From positions 1 to 55,058 of the forward strand of contig JAFZDT010000139.1 of NCBI GenBank assembly GCA_017561055.1: a stretch of 55,058 nt of DNA, in the 5' to 3' direction. Every line of letters begins with the position of its first letter. Within the stretch, counting starts at the first letter, position 1. The DNA is from Erysipelotrichaceae bacterium. Its GTDB lineage: Bacteria > Bacillota_I > Bacilli_A > Erysipelotrichales > Erysipelotrichaceae. Positions 36,498 through 46,618 of the stretch are shown here, one piece after another. The notes beneath the pieces were generated by a model, which saw nothing but the letters and a program-made list of their open reading frames with translations, did not search any database and was not told the DNA's origin. A program made the translations under genes and the position numbers.

Positions 36498-37327
36498 AAA
36501 GAGCGAATGCCAAATTAAATTTGTGTTTGAATGTTAAAAGTCGTAGAGAAGATGGTTATCATGAATTAGAAATGATTATGGTACCATTAGATTTACATGA
36601 TACTTTAGAAGTTGAAGTTGCGGATGAGACGACATTAACTAGTAATGTAGATATGCCATTAGATTCTTCGAATACAATTATTAAAGCTATCGAAGTAATG
36701 AGAAAGCATTATGGATTTACAGAGAATTTCAAAATTAATGTGGATAAAAAAATACCTATGCAAGCTGGTTTAGCTGGTGGTAGTAGTGATGGTGCTGCTA
36801 TGCTACGATGCATAAATGCATTATTAGATTTAGATTTAGATATTGAGACTTTGGCTCGTATTGGTAAAGAAATTGGTGCAGATGTACCATTCTGTGTATA
36901 CAATACACCTGCAATTGTAAAAGGTATTGGAGAAAAGATTGAAACATTCACAATGCCAAAGAATTACTATGTATTATTAGTAAAACCTAAAGAAGGTGTT
37001 AGTACAAAATTGTGTTTTGAATCTCTTAATTTAGAAACAGCTATTCATCCAGATTGCCATGCATTGAAAGATGCATTAGTGAATGAAGATGCTAACGAAA
37101 TTCATAAGCATATGCAAAACACATTAGAGTCTAGTGCTTTTGTAATTTTGCCTAAGATTGAAGATATTAAAAATGAATTAATTCAATATGGATTCCCATA
37201 TGTATTAATGTCAGGTAGTGGATCTACAGTTTTTGCATTAAGTAAAGATAAAGAATTTGTAGAAAAAGCATATGTTAAATATTGTAATAGCTATGATTTT
37301 GTAGTAAAAACACAAATAAAACTATAA
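36491..37327 (+). CDS. ispE: 4-diphosphocytidyl-2-C-methyl-D-erythritol kinase
   Basis: The N-terminus AKLNLCLNV is typical and the GHMP motif PMQAGLAGGSSDGAA is present. Confidence 0.92.
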   Translation: MLERANAKLNLCLNVKSRREDGYHELEMIMVPLDLHDTLEVEVADETTLTSNVDMPLDSSNTIIKAIEVMRKHYGFTENFKINVDKKIPMQAGLAGGSSDGAAMLRCINALLDLDLDIETLARIGKEIGADVPFCVYNTPAIVKGIGEKIETFTMPKNYYVLLVKPKEGVSTKLCFESLNLETAIHPDCHALKDALVNEDANEIHKHMQNTLESSAFVILPKIEDIKNELIQYGFPYVLMSGSGSTVFALSKDKEFVEKAYVKYCNSYDFVVKTQIKL

Positions 37328-37381
37328 ATTGACTTTATTTATAGGTAACTTTTATATACAATATTGGTGGGAGTTGAAAAT

Positions 37382-38737
37382 ATGAAATCAGCTATAGTTA
37401 TGGCGGCCGGTAAAGGTACGCGAATGAAATCAGAAAAAACAAAAACAATGCATCAAGTGTTTGATAAACCAATGATTGAACATGTATATGATAACCTTAA
37501 AAAAGCGGGTGTTGATCATATTGTAGTTGTTGTTGGACATGGTGCAGAACAAATTCAAAATTATTTGAAAGATAAAGTAGAATATGCAATGCAAATGCCT
37601 CAATTAGGAACAGGGCATGCAGTTATGCAAGCGGAATGTTTAAAAGGTGAAACAGGAAAAACAATTATCTTTAGTGGTGACTGCCCTCTTGTTCAACCTG
37701 AAACTATTGAGAAATTATTTGAAAAAGCGCAAGATGCACAATTTACTTTATTAACAACAGTTTTAGATGATGCATTAAAATATGGACGTATCATTCGTGA
37801 TGAACATGATAATGTAGAAAAGATTGTTGAATTTAAAGATTGTAACGAAGAAGAGTTACAAGTTAAAGAAATTAATGTTGGTATTTATTGTGTGGATAAT
37901 GAGTTATTGTGGAAATATTTGCCAGAATTAACAAATGATAATGCACAAAAAGAATACTATATTACAGATTTAGTAGAAATTTTTAAGAAACATGGTCATA
38001 CTGTTAATGCTATGGTCGCATCTGATCCAGATGAAATGATTGGTGTTAATGATCGTGTAATGTTAGAAGAGGCAACTCGTTGGTTAAAAAGACATGTAAA
38101 TCGTCAAATTATGAATCAAGGAGTTACTTTAATTGATAGTGAACACACGTATTTATCTACGGATACAGTTATTGGTGAAGATAGTGTGATTTATCCAAAT
38201 GTTTATATAGAAGGTCATGTTACGATTGGTAAAAATTGTACAATTTTACCAGGAACCTATTTGAAAAATGTTGTTATTGGAGATGGATGCACGATTGATA
38301 GTTCTCGATTAACGGATACGAAAGTGGGAAATGATGTGACAATTGGTCCTAATTCTCATTTAAGAAATGGTTGCGAAATTGCTGATAAAGTAAGAATTGG
38401 TAATTTTGTTGAATTAAAAAATTCTAAATTGGGATATAATACCAAATGTGCACATTTAACTTATATTGGTGATTCTACAGTTGGAGAAAAAGTTAACTTC
38501 GGTTGTGGAGTGGTTACTGTAAATTACGACGGAAAAAATAAATTCCGTACAGAAATTGGAGATGGAGCATTCATCGGCAGTAACGTTAATATTATAGCTC
38601 CAGTAAAAATTGGGAAAAATGCCTTGTTGGCCGCAGGTTCTACAATCAATCATGATGTAGAAGATGGTGACATGGCAATCGCTAGACCTAGACAAGAAGT
38701 GAAAAAAGGTTTTGGCGATAAATATAAAAATAAATAG
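37382..38737 (+). CDS. glmU: Bifunctional GlcNAc-1-P uridyltransferase / GlcN-1-P acetyltransferase
   Basis: The MAAGKGTRMKS motif and C-terminal left-handed beta-helix hexapeptide repeats are present. ATG 37382 follows SD GGGAG. Confidence 0.94.
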   Translation: MKSAIVMAAGKGTRMKSEKTKTMHQVFDKPMIEHVYDNLKKAGVDHIVVVVGHGAEQIQNYLKDKVEYAMQMPQLGTGHAVMQAECLKGETGKTIIFSGDCPLVQPETIEKLFEKAQDAQFTLLTTVLDDALKYGRIIRDEHDNVEKIVEFKDCNEEELQVKEINVGIYCVDNELLWKYLPELTNDNAQKEYYITDLVEIFKKHGHTVNAMVASDPDEMIGVNDRVMLEEATRWLKRHVNRQIMNQGVTLIDSEHTYLSTDTVIGEDSVIYPNVYIEGHVTIGKNCTILPGTYLKNVVIGDGCTIDSSRLTDTKVGNDVTIGPNSHLRNGCEIADKVRIGNFVELKNSKLGYNTKCAHLTYIGDSTVGEKVNFGCGVVTVNYDGKNKFRTEIGDGAFIGSNVNIIAPVKIGKNALLAAGSTINHDVEDGDMAIARPRQEVKKGFGDKYKNK

Positions 38738-38747
38738 GGAGGATTAT

Positions 38748-39713
38748 ATGGTTAAAGATATTATTGTATTTGCATTATCATCAAGTAAAGATTTAGCAAA
38801 AGAAATCGTCGATTATTTAGGGATTCCAATGGGGGATATTTCTGTTCGTCATTTCGCTGATGGAGAAATTTTAATTGAACCAGGTGAAACAGTTCGTGGT
38901 AAACATGTATTTATTGTTCAATCTACATGTGGTCCAGTTTCTGAAAACTTAATGGAAATCTTAGTTTGTTTAGATGCTTGTAAACGTGCAAGTGCTGGTG
39001 AAATTACAGTTGTTACTCCATATTATGGATATGCTCGTCAAGATAGAAAAGCTAGAGCTAGACAACCAATTACAGCTAAATTAGTTGCGGATTTATTACA
39101 AACAGCAGGTGCTGATCGCGTAGTAACAATTGATTTACATGCGACTCAAATTCAAGGGTTCTTCAATGTTCCAATTGATGACTTATCAGCAGTATCTTTA
39201 ATTGGTCAATATTTCAGACATAAAAATTTAAAAGATATCGTAGTTGTATCACCAGACCATGGCGGAGCAGTACGTGCTCGTAAATTAGCTGACTGTTTAG
39301 GTGGTGCACCAGTTGCGATCGTTGATAAACGTAGAACTGCACCAAATGTTGCTGAAGCTATGAACTTAATTGGGGATGTTGAAGGAAAAACAGCAATCGT
39401 TATTGATGATATCGTAGATACAGGCGGATCTTTAATGGGTGGCGTTAGAATGTTAGCAGAAAAAGGTGCTAAAGAAGTATACTGTGCATGTACACATGGT
39501 GTATTATCTAACAATGCTATTGGACGTATTAATGATTCTCCAGTTAAAGAATTCGTTATTACTAACTCAATTCCTCTAGGAGATAAAGCAAATGACAATA
39601 CAGCAAATAAAGTTGTTGTATTATCTGTAGGATTCATGTTAGCAAAAGTTATTGAAGCAATTACTAATAATGAACCAGTAAGTATCGTATACGATTTATT
39701 TAACCAAGAATAA
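38748..39713 (+). CDS. prs: Ribose-phosphate pyrophosphokinase
   Basis: FADGE, GYARQDRK, DLHA and VIDDIVDTGGS motifs are present. SD GGGAGGA precedes ATG 38748. Confidence 0.95.
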   Translation: MVKDIIVFALSSSKDLAKEIVDYLGIPMGDISVRHFADGEILIEPGETVRGKHVFIVQSTCGPVSENLMEILVCLDACKRASAGEITVVTPYYGYARQDRKARARQPITAKLVADLLQTAGADRVVTIDLHATQIQGFFNVPIDDLSAVSLIGQYFRHKNLKDIVVVSPDHGGAVRARKLADCLGGAPVAIVDKRRTAPNVAEAMNLIGDVEGKTAIVIDDIVDTGGSLMGGVRMLAEKGAKEVYCACTHGVLSNNAIGRINDSPVKEFVITNSIPLGDKANDNTANKVVVLSVGFMLAKVIEAITNNEPVSIVYDLFNQE

Positions 39714-39720
39714 AAAATGA

Positions 39721-39753
39721 AGAACCATCTACAATAGATGGTTCTTTCTTTTT
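39721..39753. terminator. Bidirectional intrinsic terminator (prs / addA)
   Basis: AGAACCATCT pairs with AGATGGTTCT (10 bp, 5-nt loop). It is flanked by an A-run and a T-run. Confidence 0.85.
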
Positions 39754-42700
39754 TAAAGTTCAATCCAATCATTTAATTCAAAACTATAGATATAACAAGT
39801 AATACTATGTGTAGGATAAGCAACCATCATTACTTGTTTATAAATAGAAATTTGTTGCATATAACGATTGATTAATTCTTCTTTTGTTATATTACGATCT
39901 GATTTAAAATCAATGATAATGATTTCATCATCTGAAATACAGACACAGTCCATTATACCTTTAATGATTTGTTGACCTTTATAGTAGAATGGATATTCTT
40001 TGTGAATTTCCATTTCTTTGATTTCTTTGTACATTGAATGTTCAAAGAATTTTTTAATTTTATTTTGATCATATGTTGATAACGTAAATGGTAAGTTAGT
40101 TATATCCACATGATTAAAATCTAGTAATTCCATTGCTTTATGTAGTAAAGTACCACGAGTTGTTGCGGAAATACTGGTTAAAGATAAACCTTTTCTTTCA
40201 CGTTCTTCTAACATAGAAGGACGAATTGTTTCAATGGATTGTACTTCTTGTGTAAATGTTGGTAAAACTACTTTTGCTTGTTGTTCTTTATAACGAATAG
40301 CTTGTGTTTTCCACATATGAGAAATATGTTCCACTTTTACATAGTCTCTAGGATTCTTTTTTAAAGCCGTTAATACCAGAGTTGAAATTTGTGGATGGTT
40401 TACCAATACTTGATATGATAATTTAGATGGAATCATTTTAGGTTCATTCACAACATCTACCATAATTAATTTTTTCTTTGGACGTGTTAATGCGACATAT
40501 AGAATACGTAATTCTTCTTCTAGTGAAGATAATAAATGTTTTCGTTCAATGATTTTGCGTAATAGTGTTTTCTTTCTAAAACGTTGTGGTAATTGAATAT
40601 CATCAAAAGCAAAACCAATTTCATCATCTGTAAAAATCGTTTGTACTCTTCTACGTTTAATATCACTTGACCAATAGAAAACCACAGGGAATTCTAATCC
40701 TTTTGAACCATGTACAGTGATAACTTTTACAACATTTGCACTGTCTGAAATAGCTACTGCATCTCCCATATCCTTTTGTTCACTAATTGTAATTAAGTGA
40801 ATAAAATCATTTAAGGATTCTTGTTTTTCTAAACAATTAACAGCTAGTTCAAATAAAGAGTCTAAGTTATTCTTTTGAGTTTCAGATGTTAATTGACTAT
40901 AGAAATTGTTTAAACAGAAAAGTGTATTAACAACATCAACAACAGAGCATGTGGATAAATTGTTTTTTAATACTTCATAATCTTTAACGAATGGATGATT
41001 CATTTGTTGTAAATATTGATAATAGGTTAATGATTTTTTGTGTAGTTTGATTTCTGCTAAAGTAGCATCATTCATTTGATAATATACACTAGTTAATATT
41101 GATAATAATGAAATTTCATCATTAGGATTTTGTAAGTATTTTAACCATGCTAAAACAGCAAGAACGGCTTCATCATCAAAATATCCTGATGTTGTTGTTA
41201 TATGGTAAGGTATGTGGTACTTATCAAAAGCTTTCTTTAAGAAGGTTTTTGGAGCATGTGTTCTAGTTAATACCACATAGTCTTTCCAATCGGTAAATTC
41301 AGAATGTTTTTGCATTTCAATGATTCTATGTGCAATATATTCAGCTTTTAACTCATTTTCTCCATAAGAATCATCATCTTCATGAATGCTTTTTTTACAT
41401 AAAATATCTAATTCAATAGAATGATCATGTTCCTTTTGAGCATCCGTTCCAATACTAACTGCATCCATTTCAGAATACGTGTCTTGGAAAGTTGGAATGT
41501 TCATTAAACCATCAAAGATAGCATTATTAAAATCTACGATATGAAATTTAGAGCGATAATTATTTGATAAATAAATGACTTTATCATGAATTCCTTTATT
41601 CTGAATAATACCACGCATTAAAGATGGCTTTGCATTACGGAAACTATAAATGGATTGCTTCACATCACCAACTCTAAACACGTTGTTTTCTCTACAAATG
41701 GCTTGAATAATATTTTCTTGTAAATCATTTGAGTCTTGATATTCATCCACCATAATGTCTACATATTGATTTCTTAAGATATTGGCAATTTCTCCATTAT
41801 TCTTATGAAGGATTTCCATTGCATATCTTTCCATATCTTCAAAATCAATACCATTCGCATCCATCTTTAATTGATTAAATGCTAATAAATAATCTTTTGT
41901 TAAAGTGATAAGTATGGTTGCCATTTCTTTTTGATTAGAAATAGATGAAACAATGGATTTTTCACTTTCTAATTCTTCCATACATAAAGTATCTAAGAAT
42001 TTATGAATTTGATCACGATATTCTTTGTATTCAGGTAAATCTTTCATTGGTTTACCAGTTACTTTACGACAATCTGGACATTTAAGAACGGTATTAGCAT
42101 TCTCAACTGTTTCTCTAAATCTAAAATATTCTTTAGCATGTAATGCCTCAAGCATTTGTTGTAAATATAGATGTAAAGATTGAATGTATTGTTCAAATAA
42201 ATCTACATCTTCTTTAATGTGTTTTACAAATGATAAAAAGTCATTTGCTAAGTTTTCTAGATATGAAATATCTTCAATATAGAAAGAGTAAAAATAATTT
42301 TGAATATTTTTTGGTAATTCTGCAATTTGATCAAACGATTGATAATACTTTGTTAAAGAATCTAACCAAATCAATGGTTGTTCTTGTTTGCTTGCTTCTT
42401 TAGCTAATTGTTCAACAAAAGCTTTTAGTGAAGCGTGTTGATCATTGACACTTGATAGTGTTTCTAGTAATTGAATAAAAGCAGGATCTTGTAATTGATA
42501 TTGTTTAGTGAAAGCTAAATCTAGTGCTTGTTTTCTAAAATGAAATAAAGCATTTTCATCAAATATATTTTGAAAACGTGCTGGGTCTTGTTCCAATACA
42601 TAAGAATAGTTCTTAAGAATCTTCAAACAAAAAGCATCAATGGTACAAATATCTGCTGTTGGTAAGATGTCTAATTGTTCTTGTAAAGTCTTTTTTGCAT

Positions 42701-42947
42701 CGATATCATTACTTGCGTCCATACGTTTTTGTAATTCATTCATTAAACGCTTTTTCATTTCCATTGCGGCAGCGGAAGTAAACGTCATGGCTAATATTTG
42801 ATTTACTTGTAAATGATCTTGTTGAATTCGTTTTAAAATGCGATTGACTAAAACAGTTGTTTTACCTGCACCAGCAGAAGCAGATACAGTAATATTCTTA
42901 TCAACAGTTTCAATAGCATCTAATTGTTGTTTACTCCACTGTGGCAT
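39753..42947 (-). CDS. addA: ATP-dependent helicase/nuclease subunit A
   Basis: UvrD-type Walker A is ASAGAGKTTVL, with MVDEYQDSN also present. A C-terminal PD-(D/E)xK nuclease motif (IIIIDFKSD) is present. Length is 1064 aa. Confidence 0.92.
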   Translation of the reverse strand: MPQWSKQQLDAIETVDKNITVSASAGAGKTTVLVNRILKRIQQDHLQVNQILAMTFTSAAAMEMKKRLMNELQKRMDASNDIDAKKTLQEQLDILPTADICTIDAFCLKILKNYSYVLEQDPARFQNIFDENALFHFRKQALDLAFTKQYQLQDPAFIQLLETLSSVNDQHASLKAFVEQLAKEASKQEQPLIWLDSLTKYYQSFDQIAELPKNIQNYFYSFYIEDISYLENLANDFLSFVKHIKEDVDLFEQYIQSLHLYLQQMLEALHAKEYFRFRETVENANTVLKCPDCRKVTGKPMKDLPEYKEYRDQIHKFLDTLCMEELESEKSIVSSISNQKEMATILITLTKDYLLAFNQLKMDANGIDFEDMERYAMEILHKNNGEIANILRNQYVDIMVDEYQDSNDLQENIIQAICRENNVFRVGDVKQSIYSFRNAKPSLMRGIIQNKGIHDKVIYLSNNYRSKFHIVDFNNAIFDGLMNIPTFQDTYSEMDAVSIGTDAQKEHDHSIELDILCKKSIHEDDDSYGENELKAEYIAHRIIEMQKHSEFTDWKDYVVLTRTHAPKTFLKKAFDKYHIPYHITTTSGYFDDEAVLAVLAWLKYLQNPNDEISLLSILTSVYYQMNDATLAEIKLHKKSLTYYQYLQQMNHPFVKDYEVLKNNLSTCSVVDVVNTLFCLNNFYSQLTSETQKNNLDSLFELAVNCLEKQESLNDFIHLITISEQKDMGDAVAISDSANVVKVITVHGSKGLEFPVVFYWSSDIKRRRVQTIFTDDEIGFAFDDIQLPQRFRKKTLLRKIIERKHLLSSLEEELRILYVALTRPKKKLIMVDVVNEPKMIPSKLSYQVLVNHPQISTLVLTALKKNPRDYVKVEHISHMWKTQAIRYKEQQAKVVLPTFTQEVQSIETIRPSMLEERERKGLSLTSISATTRGTLLHKAMELLDFNHVDITNLPFTLSTYDQNKIKKFFEHSMYKEIKEMEIHKEYPFYYKGQQIIKGIMDCVCISDDEIIIIDFKSDRNITKEELINRYMQQISIYKQVMMVAYPTHSITCYIYSFELNDWIEL

Positions 42948-45480
42948 CTGCTTTCACCTTTCCTCTCTTAGATATTTTACGTGTTTCCCCATGATAACGA
43001 CAAATTCCATAATATGGACAATATCCACAAGTGTTTTCTGTAGGATTAGGCGCAATTCTTCCACTTGTAATATTGGTTACAATTTCTTGATACTTTTCTA
43101 ATAATATCTTTTTCAATTCATTGAAATCTTTGTCTTTATATTTAAAATACATAGATTGATTAAATGCATCATCATCAATAGTTTCCATTCTCCAACCTTT
43201 GGCAGCATTATTCTTAATATATTCTTGTTGTAATATTTCTGGTGTTAAAGGTAAACATTCTTTAGTTTTCTTATCTTTAGGACCATAAATAGTTACATCT
43301 GTGTTTTCGATTTTTACAGATTGATAATATGCGCCATATGGACGTTTCTCTAATAATTCAGAAGCAATCATTAAATAGGTTAATAATTGCAATTGTACAC
43401 CTTCTTCAAATTGACCATCTGATAATTCTTTTTTAGAACTCTTATAATCTACAATGCGTAAATAATCTTTACTGGTATCAATTCTATCAACAACACCATT
43501 CAATAAAACTGAATAAGGCTTTACATCAATTGTAGATTGTATTGGATATTCAAAGTGAGTTGGTTGCATAACACCACCTTGAATGGAATCGTAAATATCT
43601 TGAAGACGTTGTGTAAAACGTTCTAATGTTTGCTTTTTTAAAGTAAGTAAATAATCCTCTTTTTGAGGGAATAATGGTAATAAACCTTCAAAAATTGGAT
43701 GTAAGAAAGCATCTAGTTCTTCTTTAGATACTAAACGATTTTGAGCAACAAAGTGTTCAACAATTTCGTGTTGTAAGGTACCCATAATACGATGGTCCAT
43801 ATCCAAAGCTTCTAATTCTTTGACTTTTAATCCTCTTTCAATAAAATATGCATAGTTACAGTTTTGATATCTTTCTAAAGAAGATACAGAACCCACTAAT
43901 TGTTTATTGTGATTTAAGAATAAATCTTTAGCTAAGGCTTCAGAAAGTGTATGTGTTGTGATATGTTGGTAGTCTACTTGTAATAATGGCCATTCTTGAG
44001 CATCTTTACCAAAACGTTTTTCAATTTCAACTGATAATTCATATGATTTACCTTGTAAATCACTACAACTAAATGAGAAAAAGATATCATTTGATACATG
44101 ATATAATTTCTCAGCTAATTGATAATAATGAGAAGCTCTAGATGCTTTTGATGGAAATTTTGATAGTTTCGCTAAATAATGTTCATCAATAATACCTGTA
44201 TATTCTTTAATAGTAGGGAAATGGTTTTGTGAACCACCTAATACAAAAGTAATTGGATAATTAGGTAATAATGTATCCAGTGTAGCAACATGAATTGCTT
44301 CAACATTATTTTCAGGATAATGCTTCACTAATTTCTGTAATTCATATGTAATAAGTTCGAGTGGAGCTTCTTCCTTTAACAAGTCTTCTAATAAAGCCTT
44401 AGCTTGATAATATACCTTTTCTTCTTGTTCATCATTTAAAATATCATCAACTAAAAGATAGTCAAAAATAGCTACAATTTTATCTTTGTAGGATTGATCG
44501 CTTAATAATATTTCAAGTATTGGTAAAATTTGTAAACGAACTTGTTCAGCTTCGTGTTCTAGCTCTTGTAATTTTTGAATTCTAAAATATGGATTCTCCA
44601 TAGCTTGTATTTTAGTGAAACTAGATAAACAGTCTTGTGGATGACAAGGTTGTTGTTTTATATAATTCACAAATGCAGTAGTATCTATATTAAAAAATGT
44701 ATGATTACACATTGCTAAAAGTTGTTCTATGTTTGGATTTTGAATAAATGCAATCGCAGATACTAATTTTTGAATGTATAAAGAAGGCATAGTAAAATGC
44801 TTACCAGATACTGGAATATTATATCGTTTTGCAATTTGATGAATATGATAATAATACTTAGGATTTAATACGACTAATTGAAGATCATGAATAGGTAATT
44901 GTTTTTCTAAAATGTATTGAAAAACGCCTTCAACTTCTTGGCGAGTATTTTGTGCTTTATATAAACTAACATTTGGTTTATCAACCCATTGTAATGGAAT
45001 TTTAGAAATATTCCATTTTTGAAAATATGATTTTTCAAATACATTAGCATAATCGATAACTGCTTGATAATTTGTAAATGTAGAATGTTTTAATGTATGC
45101 ATTTTTTGATGAATAGATAGATTTAAAGTATCCATTGCTTGATAAATGATTTTGATTTCTTTTTCAATAATCGTATCTTCTGGCAATGTATTCATATCAA
45201 TTTCATATTTAACAAATTCAACATACATCTTGAATAAATTTTCTACAAAAGCTGGATAGGTAATCATTGTTTGTAGATGAGATAATTGTAAAGTTTGTAA
45301 ATATTTGTATACGCGACAGAATTCAATTGTCGTGTTATCATCAATATCTTGACTCATTAATTGATCAAATGCATGCATATTTGTGCCTAATAAAATAGGT
45401 GATTCTTGGGTCTCTAATAATGATTCATATAAAAAATTATGTAGATGTATTGGAGCTATGATATGGTTTTGTTTATGCAT
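42931..45480 (-). CDS. addB: Helicase/nuclease subunit B (AddB/RexB-like, short form)
   Basis: It lies upstream of addA and overlaps it by 17 nt. The C-terminal nuclease motif is RIVDYKSS and the Cys cluster is CGYCPYYGIC. No Walker A was found by eye. Length is 849 aa. Confidence 0.8.
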   Translation of the reverse strand: MHKQNHIIAPIHLHNFLYESLLETQESPILLGTNMHAFDQLMSQDIDDNTTIEFCRVYKYLQTLQLSHLQTMITYPAFVENLFKMYVEFVKYEIDMNTLPEDTIIEKEIKIIYQAMDTLNLSIHQKMHTLKHSTFTNYQAVIDYANVFEKSYFQKWNISKIPLQWVDKPNVSLYKAQNTRQEVEGVFQYILEKQLPIHDLQLVVLNPKYYYHIHQIAKRYNIPVSGKHFTMPSLYIQKLVSAIAFIQNPNIEQLLAMCNHTFFNIDTTAFVNYIKQQPCHPQDCLSSFTKIQAMENPYFRIQKLQELEHEAEQVRLQILPILEILLSDQSYKDKIVAIFDYLLVDDILNDEQEEKVYYQAKALLEDLLKEEAPLELITYELQKLVKHYPENNVEAIHVATLDTLLPNYPITFVLGGSQNHFPTIKEYTGIIDEHYLAKLSKFPSKASRASHYYQLAEKLYHVSNDIFFSFSCSDLQGKSYELSVEIEKRFGKDAQEWPLLQVDYQHITTHTLSEALAKDLFLNHNKQLVGSVSSLERYQNCNYAYFIERGLKVKELEALDMDHRIMGTLQHEIVEHFVAQNRLVSKEELDAFLHPIFEGLLPLFPQKEDYLLTLKKQTLERFTQRLQDIYDSIQGGVMQPTHFEYPIQSTIDVKPYSVLLNGVVDRIDTSKDYLRIVDYKSSKKELSDGQFEEGVQLQLLTYLMIASELLEKRPYGAYYQSVKIENTDVTIYGPKDKKTKECLPLTPEILQQEYIKNNAAKGWRMETIDDDAFNQSMYFKYKDKDFNELKKILLEKYQEIVTNITSGRIAPNPTENTCGYCPYYGICRYHGETRKISKRGKVKADATVE

Positions 45481-45723
45481 ATGAATCCCTCAATTCTATA
45501 CTCGTATTATATAATGCTTAAGTAGGAAATCAAGTGTCAGTTTTGTTGGTAAAAGTTGTCATTAATTTGCAAAACTATCGATTATAAAAGGGTTTTTGTT
45601 GTTTTTGTTGTTCAAAATAAAAAGAAATAATATTGAAAGATTGTTAATTTTGATAATTTCGGTATAATTATGATATAGATAGAAAGGCATACAATTATTT
45701 TTATATGTAGAGGAGGAATAGCT

Positions 45724-46602
45724 ATGGCTATCAATCAATTGTTCTCTGCATTTTTAGTAACTAAAAATCAGGAGCATTCCCTACTATATGATTTCGATGG
45801 TACATTAGAAGACTATCTATCTTCTTCTAAAGACTCGGTCATAACCAAACTACTACAACAGCTAACTTCAACGACTACAAGCATGCGAATTTGTACCAAT
45901 CTAAAATTCCCTATCACGCAGAACATAACTAATCAACTCATTCGATATAAGGATTCGTTTAAAATTCCACAACCTGCATTAATGTGCCCCTATGTTTTAT
46001 ATGACATACAAGATGATAAAAAAGTCGCATTCATTCTAGTTCCTAATGTAGAACTTGGATATGTATATGCGAAAGGTTTATATTATTGTTTGACAGAACC
46101 AGATGGCTTCTTTGATACTTGTAGAAACAATATGGTCGCATTATATGTTGATGAAACAAATATTCTAGAAGTTCAAAATAGTATTGAAGCTATTTTCAAA
46201 GGTGAAAAAAGCACGGGAGCGATTCAAAGAATGTTTGATCGTAAATATTTAAAAGATATTGATACAATGAAGATGATGTGTGTGAATGAAAGCCAAAGAA
46301 TGTTTGCGAATGTTAGAAACAAATTAGGTGAATTAGAAGATCGTGGTAGTGTGATTTATGATTCAGTTGCTAGATGTTTTTTACTTAAAAAATGTTTATA
46401 TGTGCAATTTATGATGAATAAAACATTATTAGAAATTCGTTTTGATGGAGATATTAAAGCGCAAAGAAAGGCCGCAAAACAATATGCGGATGCAATTCCT
46501 TTTGTTTCCTATAGTGAATTGTGGCGAACGGGACAAAATGACCCAATATTAGAACAAGATATAAAAAATGTTGTTGAAGACATAATGAATAAAGAAGCGT
46601 AA
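45724..46602 (+). CDS. Hypothetical protein (292 aa, no motif recognised)
   Basis: A strong SD (GAGGAGGA) lies upstream of ATG 45724. The ORF is intact and I recognise no family. Confidence 0.6.
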   Translation: MAINQLFSAFLVTKNQEHSLLYDFDGTLEDYLSSSKDSVITKLLQQLTSTTTSMRICTNLKFPITQNITNQLIRYKDSFKIPQPALMCPYVLYDIQDDKKVAFILVPNVELGYVYAKGLYYCLTEPDGFFDTCRNNMVALYVDETNILEVQNSIEAIFKGEKSTGAIQRMFDRKYLKDIDTMKMMCVNESQRMFANVRNKLGELEDRGSVIYDSVARCFLLKKCLYVQFMMNKTLLEIRFDGDIKAQRKAAKQYADAIPFVSYSELWRTGQNDPILEQDIKNVVEDIMNKEA

Positions 46603-46618
46603 TTATTTACGCTTCTTT
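46591..46618. repeat. Perfect 12-bp inverted repeat with a 4-nt spacer, spanning the last 4 codons of both convergent genes
   Basis: AAAGAAGCGTAA (46591-46602), TTAT, TTACGCTTCTTT (46607-46618). Both proteins therefore end in K-E-A-stop. Confidence 0.95.

Noticed and set aside
39206-39772. A 188-aa ORF antisense to prs
   Set aside because: It lies entirely within the well-supported prs gene and has no motif or SD. The same reasoning applies to the antisense ORFs inside secA (53397-53957, 54873-55055), sbcC, addA, nadE and others in the track.
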